From the NCBI GenBank assembly GCA_965645245.1, contig OZ287074.1, positions 806,001-870,000 of the forward strand: DNA of 64,000 nt, written 5' to 3'. Both the position numbers and the translations under genes were made by a program. How positions within the stretch are numbered: the stretch's first letter is position 1; every line of letters starts with the position of its first letter. Shown here one piece after another: positions 1 through 13,634 of the stretch. This stretch comes from Massalongia carnosa. Lineage: Eukaryota. The notes below the pieces were generated by a model. That model was not told the DNA's origin, did no database searches, and saw only the letters and a program-made list of their open reading frames with translations.

Positions 1-3000
1 CTAGCTGTGGATACTGCGCAGTCAATTCTGTAAAAGAACTTTCGTACGGTCAATGCCTGCTTCTGACTAGATCATTAGATATTCTGCTGGTCGTGATGGA
101 CTGATATGCGCCTGGGATCTCAACGTTAACCTGAACCCCAGCTCATCAGAGCAGAACGCATTTAATGAATCCGAGGGCCTTTCAGCCAGCACGAACGCCA
201 AGCCGTCGCTATCATCTACTTTTCGTAAACAAGTTCAAGCGCATACTCATTGGGTGAATGATATAGTCCTCACACAAAGTAACTCCGCCCTAGTCTCGGC
301 GTCCTCCGATACAACTGTCAAAGTTTGGCGACCTCATTCAGAAGAGCGTCAGGTACCGATAACTATTGGTCTCCATAGCGATTATGTGAAATGTGTGGCA
401 TCACCTGGGCTACACTCAGACTGGGTCGCATCAGGTGGTTTAGATCATAAAATACGAATATGGGATCTCAATGGAGGAGGAGAACGATTACAGATCGACA
501 TTGGGGAGTATGAAAGCAGCGCTAAAGGTTCAGTTTATGCGCTGAGCGTTCGTGGCTCCATTATGGCGAGTGGAGGGCCAGAGAGCATTGTCAGGGTCTG
601 GGATCCGAAATCGGGCAAACGAATTAGAAACTTTGTGGGACACACAGACAATGTACGAGACATTCTCATCAACCAGAATGGTGACACCGTTATGACAGCG
701 TCCTCGGACCAAACTGTTAAAGTGTGGTCAATCACCGCTGGAAGATGCATGCACACCTTGACGATGCACAATGACAGCGTGTGGTCACTTTTCTCCGATC
801 ATCCTCAATTACTAGTATTCTACTCCAGCGATCGAGCAGGGCTAGTTGCGAAGACAGACGTTCGCGGTTGCTCGGATATGGATGAAGGTCTATCGTTAGC
901 CCTTGCGCAGGAGCACGATGGGGTGAACAAAGTTGTCGTTGCTGGAGACTATTTTTGGACGGCGACATCCAGCTCAAGTATCAACCGATGGATCGACGTT
1001 GATACAAAGAACGAGATTCAGGCGCCCGAGCTTTATACCTCCCATCGCAGCTCGAGCATAGCCTTACTCTCTATTTTATCTACGTCACCATTGCCTTCAC
1101 CTCGGAAAGCAACTAATGGCGAAGAAAGACAGAAAATACCCCTTGGCTGTATTTTACGGGTGTCAAACAGCGCAAGTTTCCCGAGCCAGAAAATTCGAGA
1201 CCCAGAATCTTCGACCATATACTCTGGGCTCACCCCGAGGAAAACGTCCGAAGCCTTTGTAGATCACGAGATCGGAGTCGTGATCCCATATCACAACCTC
1301 CCCCAAGAAACCATTGAAGGACAGAATGGCTTGATCAAACATGTATTACTCAATGATAGAAGACGAGTGTTGACTCTTGACACGGCCGGAGAGGTGATGA
1401 TGTGGGATCTTCTGATGGTGACGATTATGGATCTAGCAGCAAAATTTGCGCTGACATGAGAACAGTGTGTTCCTATTCAGAGCTTTGGGAAGCGGCATCT
1501 TGAAGATGTCGAGCCCGAAGTTAATACGTTAGAAAACATTGCCAACTGGTGCAGCATAGATACAAGGACGGGTCGGCTTGAATGCGTTCTTGAGGAGAAT
1601 TACTGCTTCGATGCAGAAATCTATGCAGACGAACTGAAAATTGCCATTGGTAGTGACTTTCGAGAGGATCAGCGTAGTAAGCGTCCTGCGAAGGCTTTGC
1701 ATCCAACAGCTTCACATCTATCTCACTTCAGCACAACCATAATAAGGAAGCACCTACTAATCAACATTATTCAGTAAACTTAGGGAAATGGGTCCTTCGC
1801 AACCTTTTTGCTTGGCTCATTGAAGAGGAGCTCGACCGCGATAGCCGATATCGAAGAAGCTTATACATCAGCTCTCGAAACCCAGCCAGCCTACTTAGGA
1901 AAAACGCCCCACTGCAAATACAACTGCCCACGTCGCTTCCGGAGCAGCCCAACGGCATGCTTTATGTCGATCCTACTTTGACCGCCCGCGGCACAAATGG
2001 AAGCTCTTATCATGCAACGACCCCTGGGCTTTCAATAGGCATAGCGACTCCCTACCTCTATCCCACAAACCCCGCCTCACAGGCACAGACCTATCTACCC
2101 TCAACGGCCGAGGAAGGTGCGGCGCTTGAAAAGCGCCAATCGCATCAAAGTCAACCTCGGACATCAACAGAGGCTGCAGATTACTTTTCTGAAAACCCGC
2201 AAACCCCTTCCTACGATCATGCCAAGGTCCCAACCACACCTGGAGTGAGTGTCCTCGAAGCAGTCTCCCAGACGCCAATTGATGTAGAGAAAGAAGACAA
2301 AACTAAAGACATAGCCGCGCTATTTCAGAAGAAATTCCGATTTTCTAAGAAGAGCAGATCATCTACTGAAGCAAAGCCTATTGTTATAGACGAGAAATCC
2401 GAAGAATCAGACAAGTCAGAAGGAAGGGAGGACAAGGTCGTGGAAGATAACGTCTATGGGACCATTCAAAAAATAAGGCAGGAATATGAAGAACAGCTCC
2501 AAAATACCCCTTCCAGCATAGTTTCGACAGGCATCACTCCTAGTTTACCAAACGAGACACCTTTGTTGCCCCAACCACCATTTACCACTGTCATAGTCCA
2601 AGAGGATCGACCTGACTCGGGGGGTGTTGTTGATTTATATAGAGGGACAGTCAGGACTTTAGGCCATGATGCTGATCTTATTGAGAAAGTCGGCCCGATG
2701 TGGCTTGGAGACCTTTTGCTAAGAGTATTCCCCCATTTGTGTCTGCTCATAGCACTACTAAGGTAGTATAGAATCAGATACCTATGAAAGAAACCTCGAA
2801 GGTCTTATTTGTCTTACAGCCTTTTGAGGACCGGCTCCCAAGTATTGCCAACACAGATGGGTGAGTTCGTAAAGCGAGATTGACTTTCGTCGATTAGCAC
2901 TAACTTTCTGCTAGGAATTCCCGACTGAACGCAAACCGTATGCTTCGGGCAAAGAAAATACTAGCATACATTGCGGAACGCATAGAACCTCAACCCGAAG

Positions 3001-3280
3001 TTGAGGACCCGAATGCCTTGAAACCCGAAGAGTACCTAGAACTATACTGTAACGATCAAGTAAGTCTACCCCCAAGACTCGTTTCAGTAAGGAGAACGCT
3101 TACCATTTCTAGTTGGTCGAGTTGACTACCACTCTCGGGACTTTGAGACAACATATCTGGAAAACAGGAGGTGATGTAATGTTGTATTATAAGACCAACG
3201 GTAGAAAACCGAGCCTTCGGAATAGACTAGCCGATAGGACGCCGGAACCGTCGCAAACGGTCAACGGCGCGTCTGCATAA
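1..3280 (+). CDS. DUF1: WD40-repeat deubiquitinase cofactor WDR48/Duf1/Bun107-like; 5'-partial, multi-exon
   Basis: Spliced read [17 protein letters not shown]...[12 protein letters not shown] repeats ([21 protein letters not shown]); C-terminal [16 protein letters not shown] / YLELYCN block. GT-AG introns near 30, 1418, 1676, 2725, 2860 and 3060; stop TAA at 3278-3280. Confidence 0.9.
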
Positions 3281-3435
3281 CAAGCCTGATTCAATTCGAG
3301 CGACATTCAGCTGAAATGTAATCATTATGTTCGAGGTTTCGATGCATTAGGGCTGTCCGGTGGCTCTAGAAACTAGCCTGCACAATTCCGTTGTGAGAGT
3401 GATGGAATCTGATCAAGAACGGTCACGAAGCCTGA

Positions 3436-4330
3436 TTACATTGATTCAGCCATAGCATTGTACACCCATTGATAACTACCTAAAAAGATCGCCCCTCCGG
3501 CTGAGATCCATAACACTCTGGGCCCAATGCCTGCAAAGAAAGCCCTAGGGCCTGAATCTCGAAAAATCTGTATCACGAGGGGCACAGCAGCCTGCCTCTC
3601 CCTCGCGAGCATCATCCTCGTCTTCAGTACATCTAGCGGGGTCGTCACCCCGGCAGCAACCGCCCCAGCCACGCTGCCAAACACGCCGCTTTCCACCGCC
3701 GTAGTTCCATCCCGTCCCTTTGACCGGTGCCTCCATGCCTTCATCCCCTCCCACAGCGGGAACTGAATCACTGTAAACGGCACCTCCCTCATGACCGTAA
3801 CGCTCCATCCCCGATATAGTTCCCTCCACACGCCCTTTGGCCCAATCTCCGCTCTCCGCCCTAAGATCAGCCTCAGCGCGGCCATCGAACTCGAGGCCTG
3901 CAGCGCCTGCGCCCGCTGTTTCACCACTTCCGTTGGCACCCTCACAGCGCACGCCACCACCTCCCCCACACTCGCCGCGACCATGTGCTCGATCGATTCG
4001 CTCCAGGATCTTCGAAGCCCTGCCTCGTCCGCCTTGCGAGTTCGTGCCTGCAACGATTTGAGCGACTCGTAGCTAACGAAGAAGAGGGCGGCACCGGGGG
4101 CGGATCCAATCAACGCGGAGCCAACACCAGCGTAAATGCCGCGGAAGCCGCCGGAAGGGTAGAAGCCGGTAGACGATTGGAGGCGGGTTTTGAGCGTGTC
4201 GATGGGGTAGAGGGATAGATCGACGGTTGTACCGGCGATACCTCCGGCCTATGGGGGTTGTTAACTTAGTGGGAATTGAGGGAGGAAGGAGTGGCTTTAC
4301 GATTAGAGCGCGGCCGAAAGGACTTTCCAT
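3436..4330 (-). CDS. SAM5: Mitochondrial carrier, S-adenosylmethionine transporter (Pet8/Sam5-like)
   Basis: Carrier signatures YPIDTLKTRLQ, VPTEVVKQR and TPLDVLKTR; GSAPGAALFF and REVPFTVIQFPLWE motifs; short first exon MESPFGRALI followed by a GT-AG intron. Confidence 0.9.
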
Positions 4331-4558
4331 CTGAAAGCTGGAGGCGAGACTCCTGCTGCTATGGCTTAGGGTACCATGATGTCGGTAGCGCGCATTAATA
4401 TCCAAAATCACGCTTCCTTTGGGTAATAAAGGGTGTGATCTGTTTGGACAAAAATCATTAACTGTATGTACTCTAAAACTGCAAGGTATGAGGGCCAAGC
4501 TCAGCCCTATCGATTGAGTTGTCATCGATCTTGGGCGATTCTTGATATTCATAGGAGC

Positions 4559-6590
4559 ATGACGAAGCTGTACAGGTACATTGCACCAACACAACAAATC
4601 TCATCGTTGGAGTTTTACAATGCTCTCCGTTCAGTATTGCAGGAACTCCATGGCTCCCTCACCGCCACATCGCCGTTACTTGGTATGCCAAAAGTTTCGC
4701 TTTTTAGATCGATCTAGACCCTACAGATATTTTACTGACTGAACCTAGGCATTGCGGTCAGCGGTGGCGTTGATTCCATGGCTCTGGCTTCCCTCTGCAA
4801 TCGCTTGATCACCGCCCCCGACAGGTCTACTCCATGGACTAGTCGTTTTCATGCCTTCGTTGTTGATCATCAGGCTCGTCTCGGCAGCGCCAACGAGGCG
4901 CATGGAGTCAAGGAGCAGCTGCAAACATGGGGTATTCGATAATTGATAAACTTAAAGTTTGGCGGTCTTACGTGCAACAGGTCTCCCAGCGACTGTGTTG
5001 CAGTTGCAATGGCCTATGGGTGTGCAACCGACAGTGCTTTCCGATTTCGAGACACAGGCTCGGCGATTACGATATCAAGCTTTGGGCATGGCGTGCCGGG
5101 ATAGACAAATCCGGGCTTTACTGCTCGCTCATCATGAGGACGATCAAGCGGAATGTGTACTTGCGAGGTTGGCCCAGGGGCACAGAGGAACAGGCTTGTT
5201 GGGGATGCAGCCCGTTACAGATATACCCGAGTGCCAGGGCATTTATGGAGTTCATCGGAGTGGTGCTGCAGATATATCAAAAAGAAAGAGGATCAAATAC
5301 CATCATCCGTCAGGCAGCTTGAATGCGGAGCTAGCTTGGAATCAAGCGGCCCAATCTGCCATGGTGTTCGAGTCGGGAGGAGTTCGCCTTTGCAGGCCAT
5401 TTCTAAGATTCAGCAAAGCGAGACTTGAGGCTACATGCCGGGCCGAACACGTGCGATGGATAGAAGACAAGACAAATTCCGATCCGACAATGACTCCCCG
5501 CAATGCAATCCGACAGCTCTTACGCAATGGGAGTTTACCACGAAGTCTACAAAAGCCATCACTCTTGGCCCTTCGAGATAGCATGAGTGCGAAACTCAAA
5601 AGCCGAGATGCAAGTGCACGAAGCCTAATCGCTACATGCGATGTTTCCCGGCTGGACACCCATTCCGGCGTTCTATGCTTGCGCCTTCGAAGCCGCCCCC
5701 TTTTTTCATCATCTACACCGCTGACAAATCGCCATCAAAGGCTCGTCGACGCCGAATATCAAGCTGCGCTCATGCTCCGACAGCTCCTGGGAATGGTAAC
5801 CCCACTGGAAAATGTATCGCTCGATAGCCTCCAATTCGCCGCTAAGACGCTCTTTCCCGAAATTAACGTTGACAACCCCTCTAAGAACCCAAATAGGCCT
5901 GCACAAATCTCTGGCTTTACCGCCGCCGGCGTGTCCTTCCAACGCGTTCCCTCATCTTCGCGGCGGCCGCATGACCTGCAACACGTCCAGGCTAGCGATT
6001 CGCTTGATGCAGAATTCATCTGGCGTCTGGCCCGCGAACCTTTCCGCTCCGAAGAAAAACCCCCCCTTGTGCATATCGATCCCGCTTCTTCAGCCTTGGA
6101 CTTAGACACGTCCTTATCACCTTCCCTTCGTACCATCTCCCCCCCCCCTCCGCCATTTTGCCTTTGGGACAACCGCTACTGGTTCCGCGTCCACAATCCC
6201 ACGCCTTTCCCCCTTATAATCCGCCCCCTCTGCGAGAAAGACCTTGTCGAGCTCCGCGCTTCCCTTAGCCCAAGGCCTCGCCACGCCTTGAACGAGCTTC
6301 TGCACGTCGCGGCGCCGGGAAAGGTTCGATGGACATTGCCCGTTATCGCGCGGGTGCGGGCCAATGGCGCGCACGGCCAAAGGGGGAAAGGGGAAGAGAG
6401 AGAGGAAAACCAAGGGGCTGGGGGCCAGGAAGGCGGGGGGGGGGAGGAGAAGGAGGAGGAGGAACTTTTAGCGCTGCCGACATTGCCGTGGAAGATGCGG
6501 ATGAGAGACACCATGGTGAGCTGGGAGGTAAGGTACAAGCAGGTGCCGATGCAGGGGATAAGCGCAAAGAAGTTGGATCTACGGGATTGA
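4559..6590 (+). CDS. PP-loop ATPase, tRNA(Ile)-lysidine synthase (TilS/MesJ)-like
   Basis: Exon 2 encodes GIAVSGGVDSMAL and VDHQAR; exon 3 encodes ETQARRLRYQAL, LLAHHEDDQAE, RPFL, WIEDKTN and RNAIR. Introns at ~4684-4748 and ~4932-4980. The start codon is inferred. Confidence 0.8.
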
Positions 6591-8700
6591 CTAAACACGG
6601 CGGGGAAGGGGACGCGACGGACGTGAGCACCGCTGGAGTTCAATTTGGATGCCCTGTATAATACTGAAAGGTGTTACATGTACATTGTTAAGCCTTTCTA
6701 CATTAAGCTGGGAATGTTGTGAACAGAGTCTTTGCCAGAGATGCTGGAACCCCACGACGCCGCTTCTCCGTGTCATATGAGACCTTGGCCTTTCCCGAGT
6801 AAAAACCGGTTGGGTAGTTGTTTTATTTTCGATAGCGAACGTTTCATGGGAGGATACAGGAATAGAAATGATGGCAAGCGAAAACCACTTTGTCCACTCT
6901 ATCAAAAGATTGGCCTGATTGGGTCATATTCGGGCTGTGGAGAGGTCGGCTCTGTCTCTACGGAGTACTCTTTACACCTAACATCTTTACTTACGGTTTC
7001 CTAACACTCATTACATACCGAGTTCATGATATAAAACGATCGGGTATCTAGTCACGCACTTTTAATTTCTTTCCCCTTCGGCTCAACCCCTTCGGCGAAC
7101 AACTTATCTTGCGTACATATTCGGCGACCTTTGAACATCTTCTTAGGAACTCCATCTCTATTGTAACCCGAGCAGTTGATTTCTCGGGCGTAACGGTTTC
7201 CCCCCCCCCCCAAAAATAAAAAGTTAAAGACGTTTTTTTTTAAAACATACTTACCTTACCACCACCCCCCCCTTTTCTTAGTCTGGCTGAGGAGCATGAT
7301 GATGATGAGGGTGACGGTATTTGCTTCAACAAGAGAAAATGCTGGATTTGTGCATCGCGAGCTTGTGCACTCTGTATTGTTCCTGCGGCTTTCTTTCTAG
7401 TTATCTCTCTCCTGCGCTTATCGATGCTCGGGGGGCTGGGGGGGAGGGGGGTTTTCGTCACGAAGTTACATGTTGTGATTTCCATGGTCAGTCTGCATTG
7501 TATTACCGTGGTTTTTTCCAGCATCCTCAATTCCTCCTCTTACTGAATATTGTTCTAATAATATCACCCAATTTTTTTAGGACCATCCAGATATTACTTC
7601 TAAATAACCTATGCACCCCTATCTCTCCACTTCTCTTTCCTCCTATTCACGTTCCTCCCTTCTAAATCCCTAATATCCCATTCTTCCGAAATGCACCTTA
7701 CCAACAACTATTCTTATTCCTATCCACCCCCGCACTAACAACAACAACATATCCCCTAACCACTACTACCACCATTACCCATTAACATTCCCCACCCATG
7801 GGGACTCCTAGACTCCCTCTCCGTTCGTAGTATCGCAATCTCCTCCCTACCAAACAATCCACCCCCCACCCCCCACCCCCCAATCCTTTCCCCTAGAAGC
7901 ATGAGAAAATAAGCGTGCCCCACCCCCTCCTTTTGATTCTCCTTGGCCCCACCGCCTCAACCCCCGACGATAGCAGACCTTCCAATCTCATCCCATCCCA
8001 ATCAAAAGGCCCCAAACGAAAAGCCTCTTGCGCGCGTGTGTATACAGGGGTAGAAACGAAACCTCCTACAAGTATTGGTTAAGGGACGCCGGCGGGGGAG
8101 TTTCCGCCGCCCGCCTTGGTTGGCCGGGAGGGAAGGTTGTTATAGGATGCCTTCGTCGCGCGCTAGGGAGGGGGGATAAGGGGGTAAGTAAGGGGAGTGG
8201 GAGAGAATTTTTTTTTTGGGAACTTAGGGCTATTGCTTGGGTTTAGGAGGTTTTTTTCGGGGAGGGGGCGGGGAAGCATGGGAATTAAATTATAGACAGT
8301 CTACTTGTTCGTTATCAGAGGGTAAGCTGCCTCCCCTCGGATTTCGCATTGAGGGGGGAACCTTTTCGTTCCTGTCGAGTATGACTCCTTCAGATGGGTA
8401 TGTAGAGTGTAGAGTAACAAGCTGAACGCGGGAATTTCCCGGCGATTGCATTACATGCTGTAGCTGTCTGGCAATATATCCATCTAGATGCAAGCTTCTG
8501 AACAGGCCATGCAGACGGACCCCACGAAACCGAATGTCTAAAATTTTAAATAAAAGACAATCGTCAAACGCAACCAGCAACCCCTATTCTTTGTATTCTC
8601 TTACAGAACCAGAGAGCAAAACAATGTAAACTATTATTGAACACAGCCTCCTCTACCCCCACAAATCCAGTAAAGCCCATGCAAACATTCGAAGGAAAAT

Positions 8701-10353
8701 TTACCCGGAAAACTCCTTCACCTCGCCCTTGTTCTTACCCGGGACCAAGGCCAAAGGAACAATCCCGCTGACGTGCATGTCAGGGCCGTACACATGCATG
8801 TTCAGCTTCAGCTCCTCGCCAACAGCCTTGATGTTCTTCAGACCCTCTTGATAATTCGGTCCTGCGCGGCGCACCCAGATCTGCACCTTGTGCTCAATCA
8901 ATCCGTTAGAGAATTCCCGCAGTGCTCGAATCACGCCCTTGAAAGTCGAGGCGACCTAGGGTTTCGATAGCCCCGTTAGTATTGGAGTAAGGGAGGAACA
9001 TCTGTGCTTTCAAAGAGAGGGACGGCACTTACGTTGGTGAAATTGGCAATGCCACCACCAATGAACAGAACCTTGCCTTCAGGATGGATAGGAGCGCGTA
9101 GCATGAGGTCCAGCACGGTGCGTGCGTAGTAGAACGTCTGAGTCTCAGTCGGGGCCCCGGAGTACTCTCCGTAATTAGCGAGCTCGTTGGCAAAGCCTGA
9201 CGAGGCAATAGCATCGGCATAGACCACAGAAGCACCACCACCGGCAACCAAGGTCCATACACGCCCGGCTGAATTCAGTACTGTAAGTTTAAGCGAGGCA
9301 CCGGTCTTGGCATCTAATGCAGCAATATAGGCTTCCTCCTTGCTCATCTCCCGCCCAAAGGGTGCCGGGAAATCCATCGGTGGCCCTGCGTCGATATTGA
9401 CCTTACCACCTTCTGGTTTGACGATAGGAAGACCCAAGGCTGCGGGTCCTCGAGCTACGGCCCATTTGACTCCGCATTCAAACTCGGCGGTTTGGTCTAG
9501 TTTTGCTGCGAGATCAAGGAAATAAACTTCTGCTGAAGTACCCTCGGAGTTTGGGATAACCACCAGAGGATTGATTTCTAGGTAAGTGAATTGACAATCA
9601 ACATATACCGCATATAATCGGGAGATAAAGTCAACCAGAACGTTATGAACACCCTTGGGGACCTTCTTCAGCAAAGATGCAGCAATTGTCTCATTCGTAG
9701 GATACTCCGAAAGATCAACCGGTATAAGGAGCTTCTCGGCTTTCGCATCAACGTCCCCAACATCCACACCACCTTCATGTGTGAACAGAATCCAATCTCC
9801 CTGATACCGAGAAGATTAGCCTTGTTTAAAATAATGGTTGTTAAGCACATTACTCGAAGGGCGCCGGTGTAGTCATAAGATGGAGTATGGTGTACTCAGA
9901 AATGCAACTTACATCGCGGACCGAGTTAATGTTAATGTAATACTCCGTCTCTGACGGATGTGGTACAAAGGGCTCCACCAAAAATTGCCTTAACACACCC
10001 TCGACCGTTTCAACTTTTTGCGTCTTACCAGCGCGAGCCTCAATCCAATCCCGTGCATCAGCCCACGATTTGTTCAAAGCCAGTAGCCCACTCTTGCCCC
10101 TACGCTTGATCAGTTGATCTGGCTTCGCTACAAATTTGGCATCTTTGGCCAGCAGCCATGGATATGTGATTTCTGCTTGATCTAGGATTGACTGAGGAGA
10201 AGCATCTTCAGGGAAGTAGAGAGAGGCCAGTCGAGTAGGAGGATTATGAGTAGCCGACGGAGGTAGGGGTGTTGGTTTTATGACGGGAGCTCGTGTGAGG
10301 TGGTAGTTCAAAATGGCCTTTCCATCTGCTTCGAGGATTGATTTCGCGGACAT
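8701..10353 (-). CDS. acl2: ATP-citrate lyase small subunit (ATP-grasp / citrate-binding half)
   Basis: [12 protein letters not shown] start; [25 protein letters not shown] and [10 protein letters not shown] motifs; two introns. Confidence 0.95.
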
Positions 10354-11428
10354 CTTATTGTCGAGGGTTGGGGGGGGGGGGTGGGGGGGGGTGAGATTCC
10401 ACGGATTGAATGCTTCACGATGGTGGGCACTCGATATCGTATTAATTTAAGGAAGAAGCTGCAGTACAACGTGATGAAGATGCTGTGATCGGTTTCTTGA
10501 CGCACGCAGCAAATTGGAAGACGATGAATCAATTGGAGTTGGGAAGTCGGTGGAGGAAGATGATGGTAATTTTTCTCAAATACTCGGAGCTAACGTGTAT
10601 TGTGTTTTGTGTATTGTATATGAAGCCCCGAGCTCGCCGTTGGGAAGTTCAGGGAAAAGTAAAGAGAGAAAAAAGGCCACTTCTGCTGGAGCTAGCGAAA
10701 GGGACTAAGCTCTGTAGCGGTCGATCTTTGCAGGTTTTGTTGGAATGACTTTCGTTCACCGAACTTCGGTCTGTACTCTATAAATAGCCACTTTATACCT
10801 AGAATCGAGAATCGGCGGAAGGCGAAGGTTTACCTATATCAGTAGACTTCATGTCATTCCAGATTCAGTTACTATATAGAACATGAATCCCTACATGATC
10901 AGTGTGTATCTTTTGGATTTCTTTGGCATTTATTTCGCCCAAAAGAATTCACCGGGTCGGCTTGAAGTTTGTCCTGCCAACCCAATCGCACTAAACCCAC
11001 TCAGGCCAAGTGTTCCCCAGTATCAGCTTCGGAGCTAAAACTATCCAACAAGTGGAATTCGGTTCGCAGAAGCTTGGGGAACCGAAAATAATCCCTAGAA
11101 AAATACCAAGCTGCCTTTGGAAGTTACTCACGCCCCGGCATGAGCATTTAGTTTCCAAAAATCATACGGAGTCGTCTCACTATCTTCTACTCGCTCTTCA
11201 CCTGCATTGCTAAATTGATTGATTTTCTCAAATCTCATCCGTTCACTTTCTCGTAAACTTACCGTCGCACATCGGGACGGAGCTGGTACGACGGTCAGTC
11301 CTCGGCGATTGCTCGGTGAGTAGAATTTGGAAATCCCGAAGCCTTCGCCAATTTTGTCAGCTACTGAATACTCGATGATGTCTGTTTCTAACCTTCGTGG
11401 AGACAGAAATTAATATTTTCTTTGAATT
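10354..11428. promoter_or_regulatory. Bidirectional promoter region between acl2 and acl1, including a likely acl1 5'UTR intron (~11317-11406)
   Basis: Head-to-head starts ~1.07 kb apart; TATAAATA near 10779; GTGAGT...CTAAC...CAG upstream of the acl1 ATG. Confidence 0.6.
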
Positions 11429-13634
11429 ATGCCTTCTGCTGCTTCAGTTACCAATGGTCCTCCAAATGGGTCCACTTCAGCATCATTGCCGAATGGGACC
11501 AGCAACGGCAACGCTGGTCCCTCTGCGAACGACAATATCCGTCGTTTTGCAGCACCGAGTAGACCATTGAGCCCCCGAGCTAGCCATCTACTATTCCATG
11601 ACAAGACAAGATGCTTCGTATAGTAAGGAAGCCTTTCCTCTTGCCGCTTGATGGATGAATGTACTAAACCAATCGCTAGCGGTCTGCAACCACGTGCGGT
11701 ACAAGGCATGCTCGACTTCGACTTTATTTGCAAGCGAAAAACACCTTCTGTCGCTGGCATTATCTACACATTTGGGGGACAGTTTGTTAGCAAGATGTGA
11801 GACCCGCAAGACCCAGTTTCGACCCGCTATCTTTGGGGCACCTAGGCTTATATTATGACAGGTATTGGGGAACCAGCGAGACTCTCCTGCCGGTGTATCA
11901 GGATGTGGAGAAAGCGATAGCAAAGCATGATGACGTTGATACAGTTGTCAATTTTGCGTCGTCCCGCAGCGTATATACCTCCACCATGGAGCTCATGAAT
12001 TATCCTCAAATCAAATCAATCGCTATCATTGCAGAAGGCGTACCAGAGAGGCGTGCTCGAGAAATTCTGCATGTTGCACAGAAAAGGGGCATTACCATCA
12101 TCGGCCCTGCTACCGTCGGCGGCATCAAGCCAGGTGCGTTCAAGATTGGCAACACCGGAGGTATGATGGACAACATCGTTGCTTCTAAGCTGTATCGAAA
12201 AGGATCCGTTGGGTACGTGTCAAAGTCGGGTGGCATGTCAAACGAGCTGAATAACATCATTTGCAACTTTACCGACGGCGTGTATGAGGGTGTGGCGATT
12301 GGGGGTGACCGCTATCCTGGAACTACTTTCATTGACCACATGCTCCGATATCAAGCTGATCCAGAGTGTAAACTTCTACTTTTACTTGGTGAGGTCGGTG
12401 GTGTGGAGGAATATCGTGTGATCGAGGCCGTGAAGAATGGTACTATCAACAAGCCTGTCGTTGCATGGGCTATCGGAACTTGTGCAAGCATGTTCAAGAC
12501 GGAGGTGCAATTCGGCCATGCTGGCTCATTTGCCAACTCCCAATTAGAGACTGCGGCCATGAAGAACAAATCAATGAGAGAGGCTGGTATTCACGTACCG
12601 GATACGTTTGAAGATATGCCTCAGCTACTTGGTCAAGTATATCAAGATCTTGTCAAAAAAGGCATTATTAAGCCACAGCCAGAGCCAGTTCCTCCTAAGA
12701 TTCCCATTGATTACTCTTGGGCACAGGAACTTGGTCTTATTCGTAAACCGGCGGCGTTCATTTCCACAATCTCCGACGATCGCGGCCAGGAGCTACTCTA
12801 TGCTGGTATGCCTATTTCAGATGTCTTCCGGGAAGAGATTGGTATTGGTGGCGTTATGTCTTTGCTCTGGTTCCGCCGTCGTCTTCCAGATTACGCCAGC
12901 AAATTTCTCGAGATGGTCCTTATGTTGACCGCTGACCACGGCCCGGCTGTCTCTGGTGCTATGAATACCATCATCACAACACGAGCAGGAAAAGATCTCA
13001 TCAGTGCGTTAGTCTCAGGTCTTCTCACAATTGGCTCACGATTTGGGGGAGCTTTGGATGGTGCAGCCGAAGAGTTCACCAAAGCCTTCGATAAAGGCCT
13101 TAGCCCCCGCGATTTTGTAGATATCATGCGCAAAGAGAACAAGCTCAGTATTAATCTCCGGTCATATTTTGTTGGAAATTCAGCTAACATTCTGCAGTTC
13201 CTGGTATTGGCCACAAAGTAAAATCCCGCAACAATCCTGACCTCCGTGTAGAGCTCGTCAAAGAATTCGTTAAGAAGCGATTTCCAAGCTGCAAAATGCT
13301 TGACTATGCCATCGCCGTGGAAACCGTCACCACGTCCAAGAAGGACAATCTCATCCTCAACGTTGATGGCTGCGTTGCTGTCTGCTTCGTCGACTTAATG
13401 CGTAACTGCGGAGCCTTCAGCCCTGAAGAGGCCGAGGATTACTTGAACATGGGGGTCCTCAACGGCCTCTTCGTTCTCGGACGAAGCATTGGCTTGATCG
13501 CCCATTACCTTGATCAAAAGCGTCTGAGGACCGGACTGTACAGGCATCCTTGGGATGATATCACCTACCTACTCCCCAATCTTGCCAACCAAGGCGCGCC
13601 CGGCAATGAGGGAAGGGTGGAAGTAAGTCTGTAA
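11429..13634 (+). CDS. acl1: ATP-citrate lyase large subunit (CoA-binding, phospho-His and citrate-synthase-like domains)
   Basis: [31 protein letters not shown] (phospho-His), [19 protein letters not shown] and YRHPWDDI motifs; three coding introns. Confidence 0.95.

Noticed and set aside
3527..6661. Many overlapping alternative-frame and antisense ORFs over SAM5 and the TilS-like gene (likewise over the acl, DDL1, MFS and RT genes)
   Set aside because: Shadow ORFs expected in GC-rich coding DNA; they carry no independent motifs.
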